Assembly (NCBI GenBank): GCA_964372115.1
Contig: CAYJPN010000014.1
Span: forward strand, 15,068-79,067
DNA length: 64,000 nucleotides
Reading direction: 5' to 3'
Source: an uncultured Ignavibacteriaceae bacterium
GTDB taxonomy: Bacteria > Bacteroidota > Ignavibacteria > Ignavibacteriales > Ignavibacteriaceae
The notes under the pieces are model-generated. The model made no database searches. It was given only the letters and a program-made list of their open reading frames with translations, and was not told where the DNA came from. Below, one piece after another: positions 45,942-56,285 of the stretch. Every line of letters starts with the position of its first letter. Positions within the stretch are counted from its first letter, which is position 1. A program made the translations under genes and the position numbers.

Positions 45942-47465
45942 TCATTCAATCCTTTCAAACCTGTAAGGCATATAATCTACAAAATCATCAACATAAAGAT
46001 TAAACGCTTTTACTTTTCCGTTTTCTATCTCAAACGGAAATACTTTTATTCCGTATGACGGATCAGCATAAGTGCAGAGGAACCTGTTATTACCAATGTA
46101 TTCAAGTCTGCCGCTCTGCCTTGAGTGATGCTGTAGTTTTAGTTCTACGAAATTTTCTTTCGGCGTAAGTAGTGCATAACCGTAAACTTCATTTTCATAT
46201 TTCCCTGCTAACCCGGCAAAATCGAACTCCGGTTTTATGTTCATATTTGCTGAATCCTTTAATGCTGCAATCGCTGCATCATGATCTGCTTTTTGTCCGG
46301 ACACTCTTTTGTACATATAACTATCGTAATCCCGATATGGCAGCCCGAGATAAGCGTCAATAATTTCCCACTTCATCGATTGGAAAAACGCATTTTGATC
46401 TGTATTTGTTAGCACCACAATACCCAATTGCTCTTCCGGAATAAGAGTAACAGAAGTTACAAAACCGTTAACCCCGCCAGTGTGCGATACAATTTCACAA
46501 CCTTCATAATCTTCAAGGCTCCATCCCATACCATATAACGTAAAATGAGTTTTATTAAACGGATGACGGTTTCTTCTTACAATTGTTTGCGGCTGACGGG
46601 TGCGGTTTATTACCGAATAAGGTATAATATTTTCACCGTTATATCTTCCGCTGTCCAACTGGGCAATTATCCAGCCTTGCATATCATTAACTGATGATGC
46701 TATACTGCCGCACGGCGCAAGGTTGTCGATACTTTGGAATTTAATTGGAGCCATATTATCATTTACAAATGTATGTGGTATCGCAATGTTATCGGCAACA
46801 GCATAATCTGTAGAAAGAGCGGTGCTTCTTTTCATATCTAACGGAATAAATATTTTTTCTTTGATAAATTCGTCCCAGCTTTTACCTGATATTTTTTCAA
46901 TAATTTTTCCAGCAATAGCATAACCGGCGTTTGTATATCCGTACTTTGTGCGGAATTCAAAGACAGGCGTTATCTCACCGAATTTTTCAATAACTTCATC
47001 TGATGTTAAATCCGAGGTCCAATACATAAAGTCACCTTGAAAAGTCTGCAACCCCATTCGATGAGATACAATATCAAAAAGATTTATGTGTCCGGTAACC
47101 CAGGGGTCTTTCATCTTAAAACCATCGAGATATTTTACAACTTTATCATCTAACTTGCACTTCCCCTCGTTTTCTAGTAATGCAAGGGCGGTGCTCGTAA
47201 AAGCTTTTGTGTTAGACCCGATAAGGAATAATGTGTTCGTGTCAACTTTATCGTCTTTGCCCTTTTCTTTAACCCCGTAACCTTTAGCGGTAACAATATT
47301 CCCATCTTTAACAATTAAAACAGCAGCGCCCGGAATCTGCCAGCGTTCGAGAGCTCTATTTATATAACTGTCAACAGAATCGGTTACAAACACCGGCTGC
47401 TTCTGCGCAATTATCGTTGCGAAAGGAATAACAATAAAAAGCAAAAAAATATAAAACTTTTTCAT
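45942..47465 (-). CDS. Serine hydrolase of the beta-lactamase / penicillin-binding (class C-like) family, secreted
   Basis: Signal peptide. SNTKAFT (SxxK), YTNAGY (YxN), HTGG motifs. 507 aa with a C-terminal extra domain. Confidence 0.8.
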   Translation of the reverse strand: MKKFYIFLLFIVIPFATIIAQKQPVFVTDSVDSYINRALERWQIPGAAVLIVKDGNIVTAKGYGVKEKGKDDKVDTNTLFLIGSNTKAFTSTALALLENEGKCKLDDKVVKYLDGFKMKDPWVTGHINLFDIVSHRMGLQTFQGDFMYWTSDLTSDEVIEKFGEITPVFEFRTKYGYTNAGYAIAGKIIEKISGKSWDEFIKEKIFIPLDMKRSTALSTDYAVADNIAIPHTFVNDNMAPIKFQSIDNLAPCGSIASSVNDMQGWIIAQLDSGRYNGENIIPYSVINRTRQPQTIVRRNRHPFNKTHFTLYGMGWSLEDYEGCEIVSHTGGVNGFVTSVTLIPEEQLGIVVLTNTDQNAFFQSMKWEIIDAYLGLPYRDYDSYMYKRVSGQKADHDAAIAALKDSANMNIKPEFDFAGLAGKYENEVYGYALLTPKENFVELKLQHHSRQSGRLEYIGNNRFLCTYADPSYGIKVFPFEIENGKVKAFNLYVDDFVDYMPYRFERIE

Positions 47466-47582
47466 TTTCTGTTCCTTGATGAAATGATGCGCAAAACTAA
47501 CAAAATATTATTAAAAGTTTAAACACAGGATTGAAAAAAGAAATTGCGCTCTAACGTTAGATCGATTTGCGAAAATAGGATT

Positions 47583-50396
47583 TTATGTAATTATCTGAAA
47601 CTCATCAATATAATTCTGGAAGGATCCACCGTCTAAAAATGTAACATTTTTGTTCAAAGTAAGCTTGGATTTTACTTTATACTCACCGTTAACAATAATA
47701 AAAATCTTATCGACGTTTTTATTTTTTTCAATCAACTCAATAAAATCTTTTATTGATGTTGCTGGCAAGTCCGGATTGGCATAACATGCGGCAACCATAT
47801 TAATTTGTTTGTTTTTTCCAATAGAAGAACCTTGAATGATAACCTTTTCTTCTTTTGCTGTCCGATCAACTTTTAAAGCTTTATAACCGAGTATAGTAAA
47901 AAAAACTTTTGTTTGTTCAAAAAATTTTTCGGGCGCAGCTATACAGGCAGGGTCCTTTACCGCCGGTCTTACACGACTTTCATCTTTTTCTACAATCCCA
48001 AGTATTTCAAGCCATTCATCATCCCGTATTAATTTAGTTAAGGCTTCGGCAGATAAAGACTCAATAATATTTTTTTCGAGTAAACCTTTGTGGGCTAATT
48101 TTATTTTCAGTTTTTCTTCGAATGTATTTCTTACAAGGTAATTGTAAACATTAAGATTTGTTACTTTTATTTTTTTATCTTCCGGGTGGTTTACCCTGTT
48201 TTCAATCTGCCAGTGTGTAACAGGGTTCCACCACTGGTCGAAATGAATAACGTAAGGAACTTCGGCAATATTTTCGCGCACACCGGCAGCTCTAAGACCC
48301 GCAAGGAAAACCTGGATGTTTTTGTCTTTTCTAAAATTTAATATTGCAATTTCCATTTCGGGCACTGTCATACCTGCAAGATAAGAAGAATATTTTATAC
48401 CTTTTTCCTGCAAGATGTTCTCTATTTTTTGTGTACCGAATTTATCGTACTGAGTAAAAATCAAAACTTTTTGTCCGCTGCCCAGAATCAAATCAAGATG
48501 TTTAATAAGCAGAGCCGCTTTCGGACTGTTTATATTTTCACCGACAAAATTGCAAATTTGTTTTAGCTGATGAAGGAGAAAAAATACTTTTGCTTGAAAA
48601 CGATATGGATTGCCAGAAGAATACAACTCCCCAATCTGCGTGCGCGCATTTGATAGAGCGACATTATATTCGTATTGTTGTTCCCCATCAAGCTCAAGCC
48701 ATACGTCCTGCCGGAGAACATCAGGTATGCTTTCAGTTACTTCTTCTTTTTTTCTCTCGTGCCTATTTTCGAATACGGCATCTATCTCTACAGAAACTTT
48801 TTTATCGAATTTAAAAATGTTAGCGATATTACTGTAAGGTAAACTTGAAGTAAACCAAAAGTTTTTCGGATTAACAATTCTTACAAAATGGTTTAAATAC
48901 TTTTCTTTTTCAAATTCCTGAACTTCATCAACAATTATGCAGTCATATGCTGCAAGGTATTTACCATCCGATAAAGTTTCCACAAGGTCATCTTTAAAAT
49001 GACGGAAATTAATAATGTTAAAATAAACAGGCGCCTGCCATTTCTCTCTTCGTTCTTGTCTATCACCATCAATAATTTTTATTTCTACTGCTGGAAACCA
49101 TTTATTTAAATGACCGAACCAACCGATATGTTCGCCGGTTGCGTCGCTTAGTTTAGAATCACCTAGGGTTTCTTCAGGAGCAATTATTAAAACACGCTTT
49201 AGCTGATGCGTTTTATTCAAAACTTTTAAGGCGGCACAAACTTCTACAGTTTTGCCCATCCCAAGTTGTTCACAAATTAATCCGTGCTTATTTTCTACAA
49301 GAAATAATGATGCGGCTTCCTGGTAAGTGTATAGATTCTTAAATATTTCTTTTTGTTCTTCGTTTCCCAAATTTATTTTAGGTTCCAATATCATTTCGGT
49401 TTTATCATTAAGCAAATTGCGCGTATGTATATTATCGAAAGTTGCTGTTAAATTTTCAATTATGTTGCGAATATATGAAATTTTGGAACCAGATAAAGTA
49501 ATGATATCCTTCACACCGCTTAATAAGCAGCTCTTTATTGATGATAACGGGTACAAAGTTGTGCTAAAATTGTTGCCGATAGGCAATAATATATTGCCGT
49601 TCTTGAGCGTTGTATTTATTTCTATACTTTTTGCGCGGTAAACTTTCGGATTGTTTTCGAGTGAATTAAATAATATTTGGGAATGTTCCGAATTGAATTG
49701 AACTGCGTTATTCTCACTTCTTAATATTTCAACATTATGGATTATAGTGTTCAACGAAGCAAGATAGTCGGTAATATCGGGCACTTTTAAGTTAAAATTC
49801 GGTGTATTTTTAATTTTTGCATAACTATAAAGATCAATATTTTTTGTTGCTAAACGAGAGTAATGGAACTTTATTAAACTTGTGTCCGCGTTATACAAAA
49901 TGAATTCATACTTATCAGCGGTAATATTCATATCAAAAAAGAAACGATCTAATCTCTTTGTACTGGTTTGCGGGAAGATTGTTTTATAATTTCCCCTGAA
50001 GTTAATTATATACTCAATTGAGTTTTTATTCCGTTTTTGGGTGAAAGAGAAGAAGTTTTCCGTCTGTTCAAAAGCGGGTAGTCCAACCTTTTTTACTGCG
50101 GGTTTTCCCGAACCGAAATAAACTGCGTTTGTTTTTGTTGGGAGAATTAAAAATATTTTACTTACTTTCGGTAACCGTGCCTTGAAGAGCTTCGGTTTAT
50201 AGAATGATGATTCGGGAATAACCATCCATTTGTTTAGGCGCGATGTTTCCATCAACCTATAGATTAGCGGCGGCAGTTCATAATATTCAGGAGCGGCTCC
50301 CAATCGAAGCCATTTATGCCAGTGAAACTGTTCCGGAATATCTAACGATGAAACAGAGGACGCGGCTTTTTTTCGCAGTGTTTTTGTTAGGGACAC
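47583..50396 (-). CDS. SNF2-family ATPase with an unassigned N-terminal region of about 350 aa and a degenerate Mrr-like (restriction-endonuclease fold) C-terminal domain
   Basis: LYTYQEAASLFLV..EQLGMGKTVE (motifs I/Ia), DCIIVDEVQEF (motif II), KVLIFTQY...LAGLRAAGVRENI..VIHFDQWWNP (helicase C). The tail FFEQTKVFFTILGYKALKV...INMVAACYAN...KIFIIVNGEY...VTFLDGGSF follows Mrr_cat topology without the D/QxK residues. The GTG start overlaps the upstream TAG by 1 nt. Confidence 0.7.
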   Translation of the reverse strand: MSLTKTLRKKAASSVSSLDIPEQFHWHKWLRLGAAPEYYELPPLIYRLMETSRLNKWMVIPESSFYKPKLFKARLPKVSKIFLILPTKTNAVYFGSGKPAVKKVGLPAFEQTENFFSFTQKRNKNSIEYIINFRGNYKTIFPQTSTKRLDRFFFDMNITADKYEFILYNADTSLIKFHYSRLATKNIDLYSYAKIKNTPNFNLKVPDITDYLASLNTIIHNVEILRSENNAVQFNSEHSQILFNSLENNPKVYRAKSIEINTTLKNGNILLPIGNNFSTTLYPLSSIKSCLLSGVKDIITLSGSKISYIRNIIENLTATFDNIHTRNLLNDKTEMILEPKINLGNEEQKEIFKNLYTYQEAASLFLVENKHGLICEQLGMGKTVEVCAALKVLNKTHQLKRVLIIAPEETLGDSKLSDATGEHIGWFGHLNKWFPAVEIKIIDGDRQERREKWQAPVYFNIINFRHFKDDLVETLSDGKYLAAYDCIIVDEVQEFEKEKYLNHFVRIVNPKNFWFTSSLPYSNIANIFKFDKKVSVEIDAVFENRHERKKEEVTESIPDVLRQDVWLELDGEQQYEYNVALSNARTQIGELYSSGNPYRFQAKVFFLLHQLKQICNFVGENINSPKAALLIKHLDLILGSGQKVLIFTQYDKFGTQKIENILQEKGIKYSSYLAGMTVPEMEIAILNFRKDKNIQVFLAGLRAAGVRENIAEVPYVIHFDQWWNPVTHWQIENRVNHPEDKKIKVTNLNVYNYLVRNTFEEKLKIKLAHKGLLEKNIIESLSAEALTKLIRDDEWLEILGIVEKDESRVRPAVKDPACIAAPEKFFEQTKVFFTILGYKALKVDRTAKEEKVIIQGSSIGKNKQINMVAACYANPDLPATSIKDFIELIEKNKNVDKIFIIVNGEYKVKSKLTLNKNVTFLDGGSFQNYIDEFQIIT

Positions 50397-50929
50397 TATT
50401 CACCGGTTTTTTGGAGATGCACCTGCTCGCATGCAATTTTAAGGCGCTCAAACGGTTCCAATAAGTTTCTGCTATCTGCAAAGTTTTTTAATTTGTCATT
50501 GATGTCGGGCAGTTCATCGACGAACTTTTTTGAAGTATCAATAAAAACACTCGATCCGTTATCACCGCTAATTTTTAACGCACCGTTGTTGTTTTTGGCG
50601 GCAGCATTACTTAAGCCGTTATCAATAATTCTTACAACACGAACTCCCTGCTTAAAATTAACACCCAGAAATAATGCATCGCGCACCAATATTAAATCAA
50701 TCTGTTCATTTATGGCGCTTAGAAGAGGAACAGATACAAGTTCAACCAGAATGTGCTCCATCAAAACATCGCCATAAAGAGTTTTTTGAAAATTGGTTGG
50801 TTTGATTGGCGCTGTCACCCGGAATTCTAAAGGTTTTGTGTCCGAATCGGTAACCAAGATAGCACCCATTATTCCTTCGTTATTTTCGAGTGTATATGTC
50901 TCTAAAAATGCGAGTTTGGATATTTCCAT
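50396..50929 (-). CDS. Hypothetical 177-aa protein, translationally coupled to the SNF2 gene
   Basis: GGAG RBS 8 nt upstream of the ATG. No motif I recognise. The stop TAG shares its G with the GTG start of the downstream gene. Confidence 0.6.
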   Translation of the reverse strand: MEISKLAFLETYTLENNEGIMGAILVTDSDTKPLEFRVTAPIKPTNFQKTLYGDVLMEHILVELVSVPLLSAINEQIDLILVRDALFLGVNFKQGVRVVRIIDNGLSNAAAKNNNGALKISGDNGSSVFIDTSKKFVDELPDINDKLKNFADSRNLLEPFERLKIACEQVHLQKTGE

Positions 50930-51170
50930 AAAATCTCCGGATAAATATAAATCATACTAATATTGCGCTTTCACTTCCCCTTACAAAAAACTCATGAATG
51001 AAATGACAAGTATAATGCCACAAAGCAGATATTAAAAAATCATGCTTTTTACATCTTTTTTTTTTCTACTTTGTGTTCCCGGTAAATATTACTTCTCAAT
51101 ATTACTTTTATGGTAAGTATGTTTACAGATTTGAAGTTTTGGCAGTCTTTTTTTTGAAGATATTTTTAGT

Positions 51171-51210
51171 AGAGCGGCATATGATGATGCCGCTCTAACT
51201 TATTTTTTTT
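51171..51210. terminator. Perfect 10-bp hairpin with a T-run, just downstream of the S46 peptidase gene
   Basis: AGAGCGGCAT-ATGATG-ATGCCGCTCT. The T-run (TTATTTTTTTT) is on the + strand, so the orientation is atypical for the minus-strand gene it follows. Confidence 0.45.
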
Positions 51211-51212
51211 GT

Positions 51213-53393
51213 TTATAATTTTACACCCATTTCTTTTATTAGAAAATCAGCGCCGCCAACTTTTTCGGTTACCCACAAAACATAGCGAATATCCACCCCG
51301 ATAGATCGGCTGTAATCTTCACTCCAGGCAAAGTCGTTTATAGTCGCTTCAAATGCACGGTCGAAGTTTACGCCAATTAGTTCGCCATACGCATTTAATA
51401 TCGGGCTGCCGGAGTTACCGCCGCTTGTATCGGTATTATATAAAATGGCTACCGGCACATCATTTAATTTTTTGTTTTTAAACTTTCCGAAATCTTTTTT
51501 GTTATAAAGTTCTTTTACTTTTTTATTTAGTTTATAGTCGCCGTTTTCTTCTCCCTTTTCAATAACACCGCTGAGTGTCGTTATCGGCTTGTAATAAACC
51601 GCGTCAACTGGCGTATAACCCCTAACATAACCGTAGGTTAAGCGCAAAGTGCTGTTGGCGTCGGGGACAAATGCTTTATTAAGCCACGCTTTTTTTGCAT
51701 CCATAAATTCGGCAAGTAATATGTTTAGTTCTCCCTGGCGCATTTTAGCTTGTTCTTCTATTTGTTTTTTTTCATCATTTATTTTCGAAACAAATTGAAG
51801 CATCGGATCATCAAACTCTTTTAATTCCTCATCCGATTTTTCAAACAACGCTTTGTAATCTTCCAGGTTGTTTATTATTGAGTTTGAAACCATATCATCG
51901 ACATAATTAGATAGTTTTTCTTTTGTATTTTCTTCATCAAAAATATCTTCAAAAGAAGTTAGTTTTTTACCCTCGGGAAAAGAAGTAAAATCATCCAGCA
52001 TTTTTATGATAATTTTTTTATCGAGTTCAGAGTAGTAGAAGCTGTAAATATCGTCTATTTGTTTCATCAAATCAGCACGTCCCTCTGCTTTGAAGATTGA
52101 TAATCTATCCGATTCCGGTTTAGCAATTTGTTCCCGGTAATCGTAAAGCAGCGCCGCTAACCTCATTGATGAGGCGTGCCGTGTAATTTGAGAAAGGAAT
52201 AAAGGTACGCGACCGAGCTGCATTATTTCTTTGTACACCGCATCTATTTTGCCAAGCACATCGCCATACTTTTCTTTCAACTTCGAATCGTTATCAATAA
52301 AACGCTGGAGTTCTATTTCTTCTTTTTGTTTTTTCTCAACAAGGTTCAACCGGCTGAGTCCTTTTAATTTTCCGCGATAGTTCTTTTCTGTGTTGGCGAG
52401 TCCTTTTACTCTCGATGCAAATTTGAGAGCAAACCCGGGATCACCGGCGCCCCGTTCTTCAAAAAGGTTTATCTCCCATGAAAATAGATCTTGTATATAT
52501 GGTAGCTGGTAATCCTGCTGCATAACCAAAAACTGCGAAGGTTGATGCCTAAATGTTCTGCCCGGATAACCAAGAATAAATATAAAATCACCTTCATCAA
52601 CACCGCTTGCATTTACTTTTAAAAACTTTTTTGGTTTGAATGGTACGTTTCCTTTTGAATATTCAGCCGGACTGCCATCGGCAGCAACATATGCACGGAT
52701 AAACGAAAAATCGCCGGTGTGGCGCGGCCATACCCAGTTATCGGATTCTCCGCCGAACTCCCCTATATCGCGCGGGGGTATATAAACCAATCGAACATCT
52801 TTTATAACCTGATATTTAAATAATATATACGACTGTCCGGTAAACATTTCGCTCACTTCAGCTTCAATGCCGGGTTCTTTTTCTTCAGCAGCTTTTTTTA
52901 TTTCTTTTACTTTTTTACGAATAGCCTCCGTGCGTTTCGAAACATCATCCGACTCATTTGCCGCCTGAAGCACCTGGTCAGATACATCCTCATATCCAAC
53001 GGTTATGCGGCAGATCATTCCCTGCGCTGGAATTTCTTCTTCGCGGGTTTTTGCAATAAAACCGTTTTCGAGATAATTATTTTCGGTTGTGCTTGCGCGT
53101 GTAACCGCACCGAAAGAACAATGATGATTTGTTATAATTAATCCTTCGTCAGATATAAATGAACCTGTGCAACCACCGACATTTACAAGAGCATCAATAA
53201 GACTAACACCGCTTGGGTTATAAACTTCATCAATGTCTATTTTTAATCCGGCTTTTTTCAGATCGAGTTTTCTTATTTCACTCAACGGATACATCCCCTC
53301 GTCCGGTTTGAATGGAACCATCGCTGTTAGGGTTAAAAATATTACCGCCGCAATAACAGCCGCACTCTGTTTGAAAAGTATATATTTATTCAT
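51213..53393 (-). CDS. Peptidase family S46 (dipeptidyl-peptidase 7/11-like)
   Basis: GCTGSFISDEGLIITNHHC (catalytic His region) and TSGGNSGSPILN (catalytic Ser). 726 aa with a signal peptide. Confidence 0.85.
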   Translation of the reverse strand: MNKYILFKQSAAVIAAVIFLTLTAMVPFKPDEGMYPLSEIRKLDLKKAGLKIDIDEVYNPSGVSLIDALVNVGGCTGSFISDEGLIITNHHCSFGAVTRASTTENNYLENGFIAKTREEEIPAQGMICRITVGYEDVSDQVLQAANESDDVSKRTEAIRKKVKEIKKAAEEKEPGIEAEVSEMFTGQSYILFKYQVIKDVRLVYIPPRDIGEFGGESDNWVWPRHTGDFSFIRAYVAADGSPAEYSKGNVPFKPKKFLKVNASGVDEGDFIFILGYPGRTFRHQPSQFLVMQQDYQLPYIQDLFSWEINLFEERGAGDPGFALKFASRVKGLANTEKNYRGKLKGLSRLNLVEKKQKEEIELQRFIDNDSKLKEKYGDVLGKIDAVYKEIMQLGRVPLFLSQITRHASSMRLAALLYDYREQIAKPESDRLSIFKAEGRADLMKQIDDIYSFYYSELDKKIIIKMLDDFTSFPEGKKLTSFEDIFDEENTKEKLSNYVDDMVSNSIINNLEDYKALFEKSDEELKEFDDPMLQFVSKINDEKKQIEEQAKMRQGELNILLAEFMDAKKAWLNKAFVPDANSTLRLTYGYVRGYTPVDAVYYKPITTLSGVIEKGEENGDYKLNKKVKELYNKKDFGKFKNKKLNDVPVAILYNTDTSGGNSGSPILNAYGELIGVNFDRAFEATINDFAWSEDYSRSIGVDIRYVLWVTEKVGGADFLIKEMGVKL

Positions 53394-53682
53394 CTCTTCC
53401 CTATCGAGTAATTGTTTAAAATTTGATTTCCAAAATAAGATTATTTTGTAGAAGCATCAAAATAAATTTGATGGGTAACAGTTTGTGTGATAGAATAAAT
53501 TTAGTTGAATACTCATTTGCATCCTATGCCGATGATTATCTTTCAAATCGAGATGCAGAAGAGTTTTTTATTGAAATGGCAAGTTCGGGGAAACAATTTC
53601 GGTCAAACATAAATTCTCTCTTGAATAATTAAACACTAGAAAAAACCGGAGCGTTTATTTTAACATGCGCATTCTCGTTTAA

Positions 53683-53727
53683 CCAAAAAAGCCGGCATCT
53701 GTACAAACGCCGGCTTTTCACTTTTTT
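53683..53727. terminator. Bidirectional rho-independent terminator
   Basis: AAGCCGGC / GCCGGCTT stem flanked by AAAAAA upstream and TTCACTTTTTT downstream. It serves the minus-strand receptor gene and any + strand transcript. Confidence 0.7.
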
Positions 53728-53846
53728 ATCTAAAGGGCATCTCTAAAAACTTTAATTGGCGCTCTTCGAAAAGCCGTTTTGGCAGCTTACTCGTGTTATG
53801 TTAGTCAATCCGTTACTAACGGATTAGTTTTTAGAGGAGCGCTAAA

Positions 53847-56285
53847 CTAAAAATCCTCAAACCCTCCGTCTTCGCCGCCATTCATTCCTTTTTTACTTTG
53901 GTCTTTATAGTTGTTGAGGTTTATTCTTAGGTTCAACATAACCATCGGTGACTCGCGGTTAAAGAAATTGTATGTATAAAATCCTTGTCCCTGGCTGGTA
54001 AACTCATGTTTTGCGCCTCCGAATATATCCCGGACCTGCAGTGTTAAAGTAAGAAACCGGTTAAGTAAATCATGCTTTACTGCAACATCAACAGTATTAT
54101 ATCCTTTCATATCCCCCTGTGAAGAAACGGTTGGACTGTTGTACATAAAATTTACCTGAAACTGCGTAGCCTTTGAAATATTAAACATATTTGTCAGTCG
54201 GGTGCTCCAGTTAAAACTGCTTCGCGAAAAGTCCTGGTTGTTCAACATTCCTTCAACCTTGTAGTTATAAAGATTGCCCATCAAATTTATCGTCCAGAAA
54301 TCGAGCGGATCAGCCATCATCATAAACTCGGCTCCGAGTGAATAATCTTTTCCAACATTTTCGGTGGTGTTCATTGTAATGTTTTGGGCATAAACCGAGC
54401 GGACTCTTTCAATTTTATTATTTGTTACTTTGTAATAAAAATCGCTCGATAAATTTACTTTGCCTATGTATGTTTGAAAACCTGTTTCGAAGGCATCAAT
54501 AAATTCAGGTAAAAGTCCGGCATTACCGCGTCTTACATTATTAGCATCCATCCAGGTTAAGTATGGTTCAAGTTCCCAGCCATGAGGTCTTTCAATTCGG
54601 CGTGTATAACTTGCCATTAACTGGGTTAATGCTGAAAATTTGTATGAAAAATGCGCGCTCGGAAAAATATCCCATCTGTCTATATGAAAATTTTGATTCA
54701 ACTGTACAAGTGTAACGTCTCTAAAAGTGTACTCGCCTCTTACGCCCCCCTGAAAACCAAAGTTTCCCCATTCATCGCCGTAAATTGAATAAAGCGCAAG
54801 TTCAGTTTTTTTGCTTTCAATTTTGTAACTGTAAAGTGATTGAAACAGATAATCATTTGCTGCCGGGTCATAATCGTACAGTTTATTATCCTCCACCGAA
54901 GTTTCGTTTTCGCCCTCCAGACCTGCTTCAAATTTTCTGTTTTCACCAAGTGGCAGAGTGTAATCAAGTTTTCCTTCAAGTTCGGTTTCAGGCCCGGTTG
55001 TACTCGTTTTTTTTCCGCCGAACTGCGCGCCGTTTGAATAATCGCCCGAAGTTGTGGACTCATCACCATTATGCCCCCCGTATGTAAAGTCAGCCGTTAA
55101 TTGATGCCCAGCGGAGTTAAATTTGTGTAAATAACTTGAGTTTATACTAAAGTTGCTGCCGCCATGCCCGCCATCGCTAAAACTGTTGTAGTATGAACTA
55201 ACAAGATTTGTATCGTTCCACTCTGCATAATTTGCAGTTCTATTCCGCTGCATTGAGTGATTACCGATTCTAGTACTAAAACCAAGAATATCGTCATCAC
55301 CAAGAGAGAATTCTAATCCGCCCCTTAGTCCGTAAGAAATTCTTCCCCATTGCATTGTACCATCTGAATTCTGAAATGTAGTAACATTTTGAAAAGTTAA
55401 TCTTCTCTCTGCCCTTGTTGTGCCCGGCATAAAACGCCGGTTGTAATCGAGCCCAAAATTATATTTTATTGATGGTGTTTTATATTCAAGAATAAAATCA
55501 CCGCCGTACTTATCATCTAAACCTGCATTAGCGTTTATAACGCCGCTAAGCCCTAAGTTTTGATTTTTTTTCATAAGAATGTTTATAATTCCTGCTGTCC
55601 CTTCCGGGTCGTACTTTGCAGAGGGATTTGTAATAATTTCAATTTTATCAATGGAACTTGCAGGGATTTGCTGCAAAATATCCTGTGCATCAATAATTGA
55701 AGGACGACTGTCAATCAGCACAGTAAAACTTCCACTGCCGCGTAAACTAACATTTCCCTCAATATCTACTGTAACCGAAGGAATGTTTTCAAGCACATCG
55801 GCAGCATTGCCCGAAACCACTGTTGGCATCTGGCTGACATCCACAACTTTTTTATCTATTTGGTAAGTAACCGGTGAACGGGTTCCTTCAACAATTACGT
55901 TTTCTAAATTAATAGCAGATGGAGTAATTAATACTTTACCGACATTTACCATTTTATTTTGGGGAGTTATGGTTATTTCATCCAATGTTTTTTTCTCATA
56001 TCCCATAAATTGAATATCGAGATAATATTTACCAGGTCGAATAGCGCTTAGTGTAAATAAGCCGTTTTTATCAGTAATAGTGCCGGTAAATTGAACCGAA
56101 TCGGAAGAAGTGTATAAAACAATGTTTGCATATTCAATTGGAACTTCAGCTTTGGAATCCAGCACTTCGCCTTTTATTTCGCCGCCGTTCATCCCCTTAC
56201 GAAAATCGGGGCGCTGCTGAGCGCTGATTTTAATATCAATAATGGATAATAAAATAATTGTAATAAGTATTAATCTGATTTTCAT
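53847..56285 (-). CDS. TonB-dependent-receptor-like outer-membrane beta-barrel protein with an N-terminal CarboxypepD_reg domain
   Basis: Signal peptide. GEVLDSKAEVPIEYANIVLY...GKYYLDIQFMGY (carboxypeptidase-regulatory fold). Plug-like region IDKIEIITNPSAKYDPEG. Long beta-barrel ending in F. Confidence 0.8.
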   Translation of the reverse strand: MKIRLILITIILLSIIDIKISAQQRPDFRKGMNGGEIKGEVLDSKAEVPIEYANIVLYTSSDSVQFTGTITDKNGLFTLSAIRPGKYYLDIQFMGYEKKTLDEITITPQNKMVNVGKVLITPSAINLENVIVEGTRSPVTYQIDKKVVDVSQMPTVVSGNAADVLENIPSVTVDIEGNVSLRGSGSFTVLIDSRPSIIDAQDILQQIPASSIDKIEIITNPSAKYDPEGTAGIINILMKKNQNLGLSGVINANAGLDDKYGGDFILEYKTPSIKYNFGLDYNRRFMPGTTRAERRLTFQNVTTFQNSDGTMQWGRISYGLRGGLEFSLGDDDILGFSTRIGNHSMQRNRTANYAEWNDTNLVSSYYNSFSDGGHGGSNFSINSSYLHKFNSAGHQLTADFTYGGHNGDESTTSGDYSNGAQFGGKKTSTTGPETELEGKLDYTLPLGENRKFEAGLEGENETSVEDNKLYDYDPAANDYLFQSLYSYKIESKKTELALYSIYGDEWGNFGFQGGVRGEYTFRDVTLVQLNQNFHIDRWDIFPSAHFSYKFSALTQLMASYTRRIERPHGWELEPYLTWMDANNVRRGNAGLLPEFIDAFETGFQTYIGKVNLSSDFYYKVTNNKIERVRSVYAQNITMNTTENVGKDYSLGAEFMMMADPLDFWTINLMGNLYNYKVEGMLNNQDFSRSSFNWSTRLTNMFNISKATQFQVNFMYNSPTVSSQGDMKGYNTVDVAVKHDLLNRFLTLTLQVRDIFGGAKHEFTSQGQGFYTYNFFNRESPMVMLNLRINLNNYKDQSKKGMNGGEDGGFEDF

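Noticed and set aside
53423-53632. 69-aa + strand ORF between the S46 peptidase and the receptor gene (possible small protein; LCDRINLVEY..ADDYLS..DAEEF faintly resembles an anti-sigma N-terminus)
   Set aside because: It is too short, and the resemblance is too weak to call without a search. It is followed by a good terminator, so it remains possible, but I do not list it as a feature.
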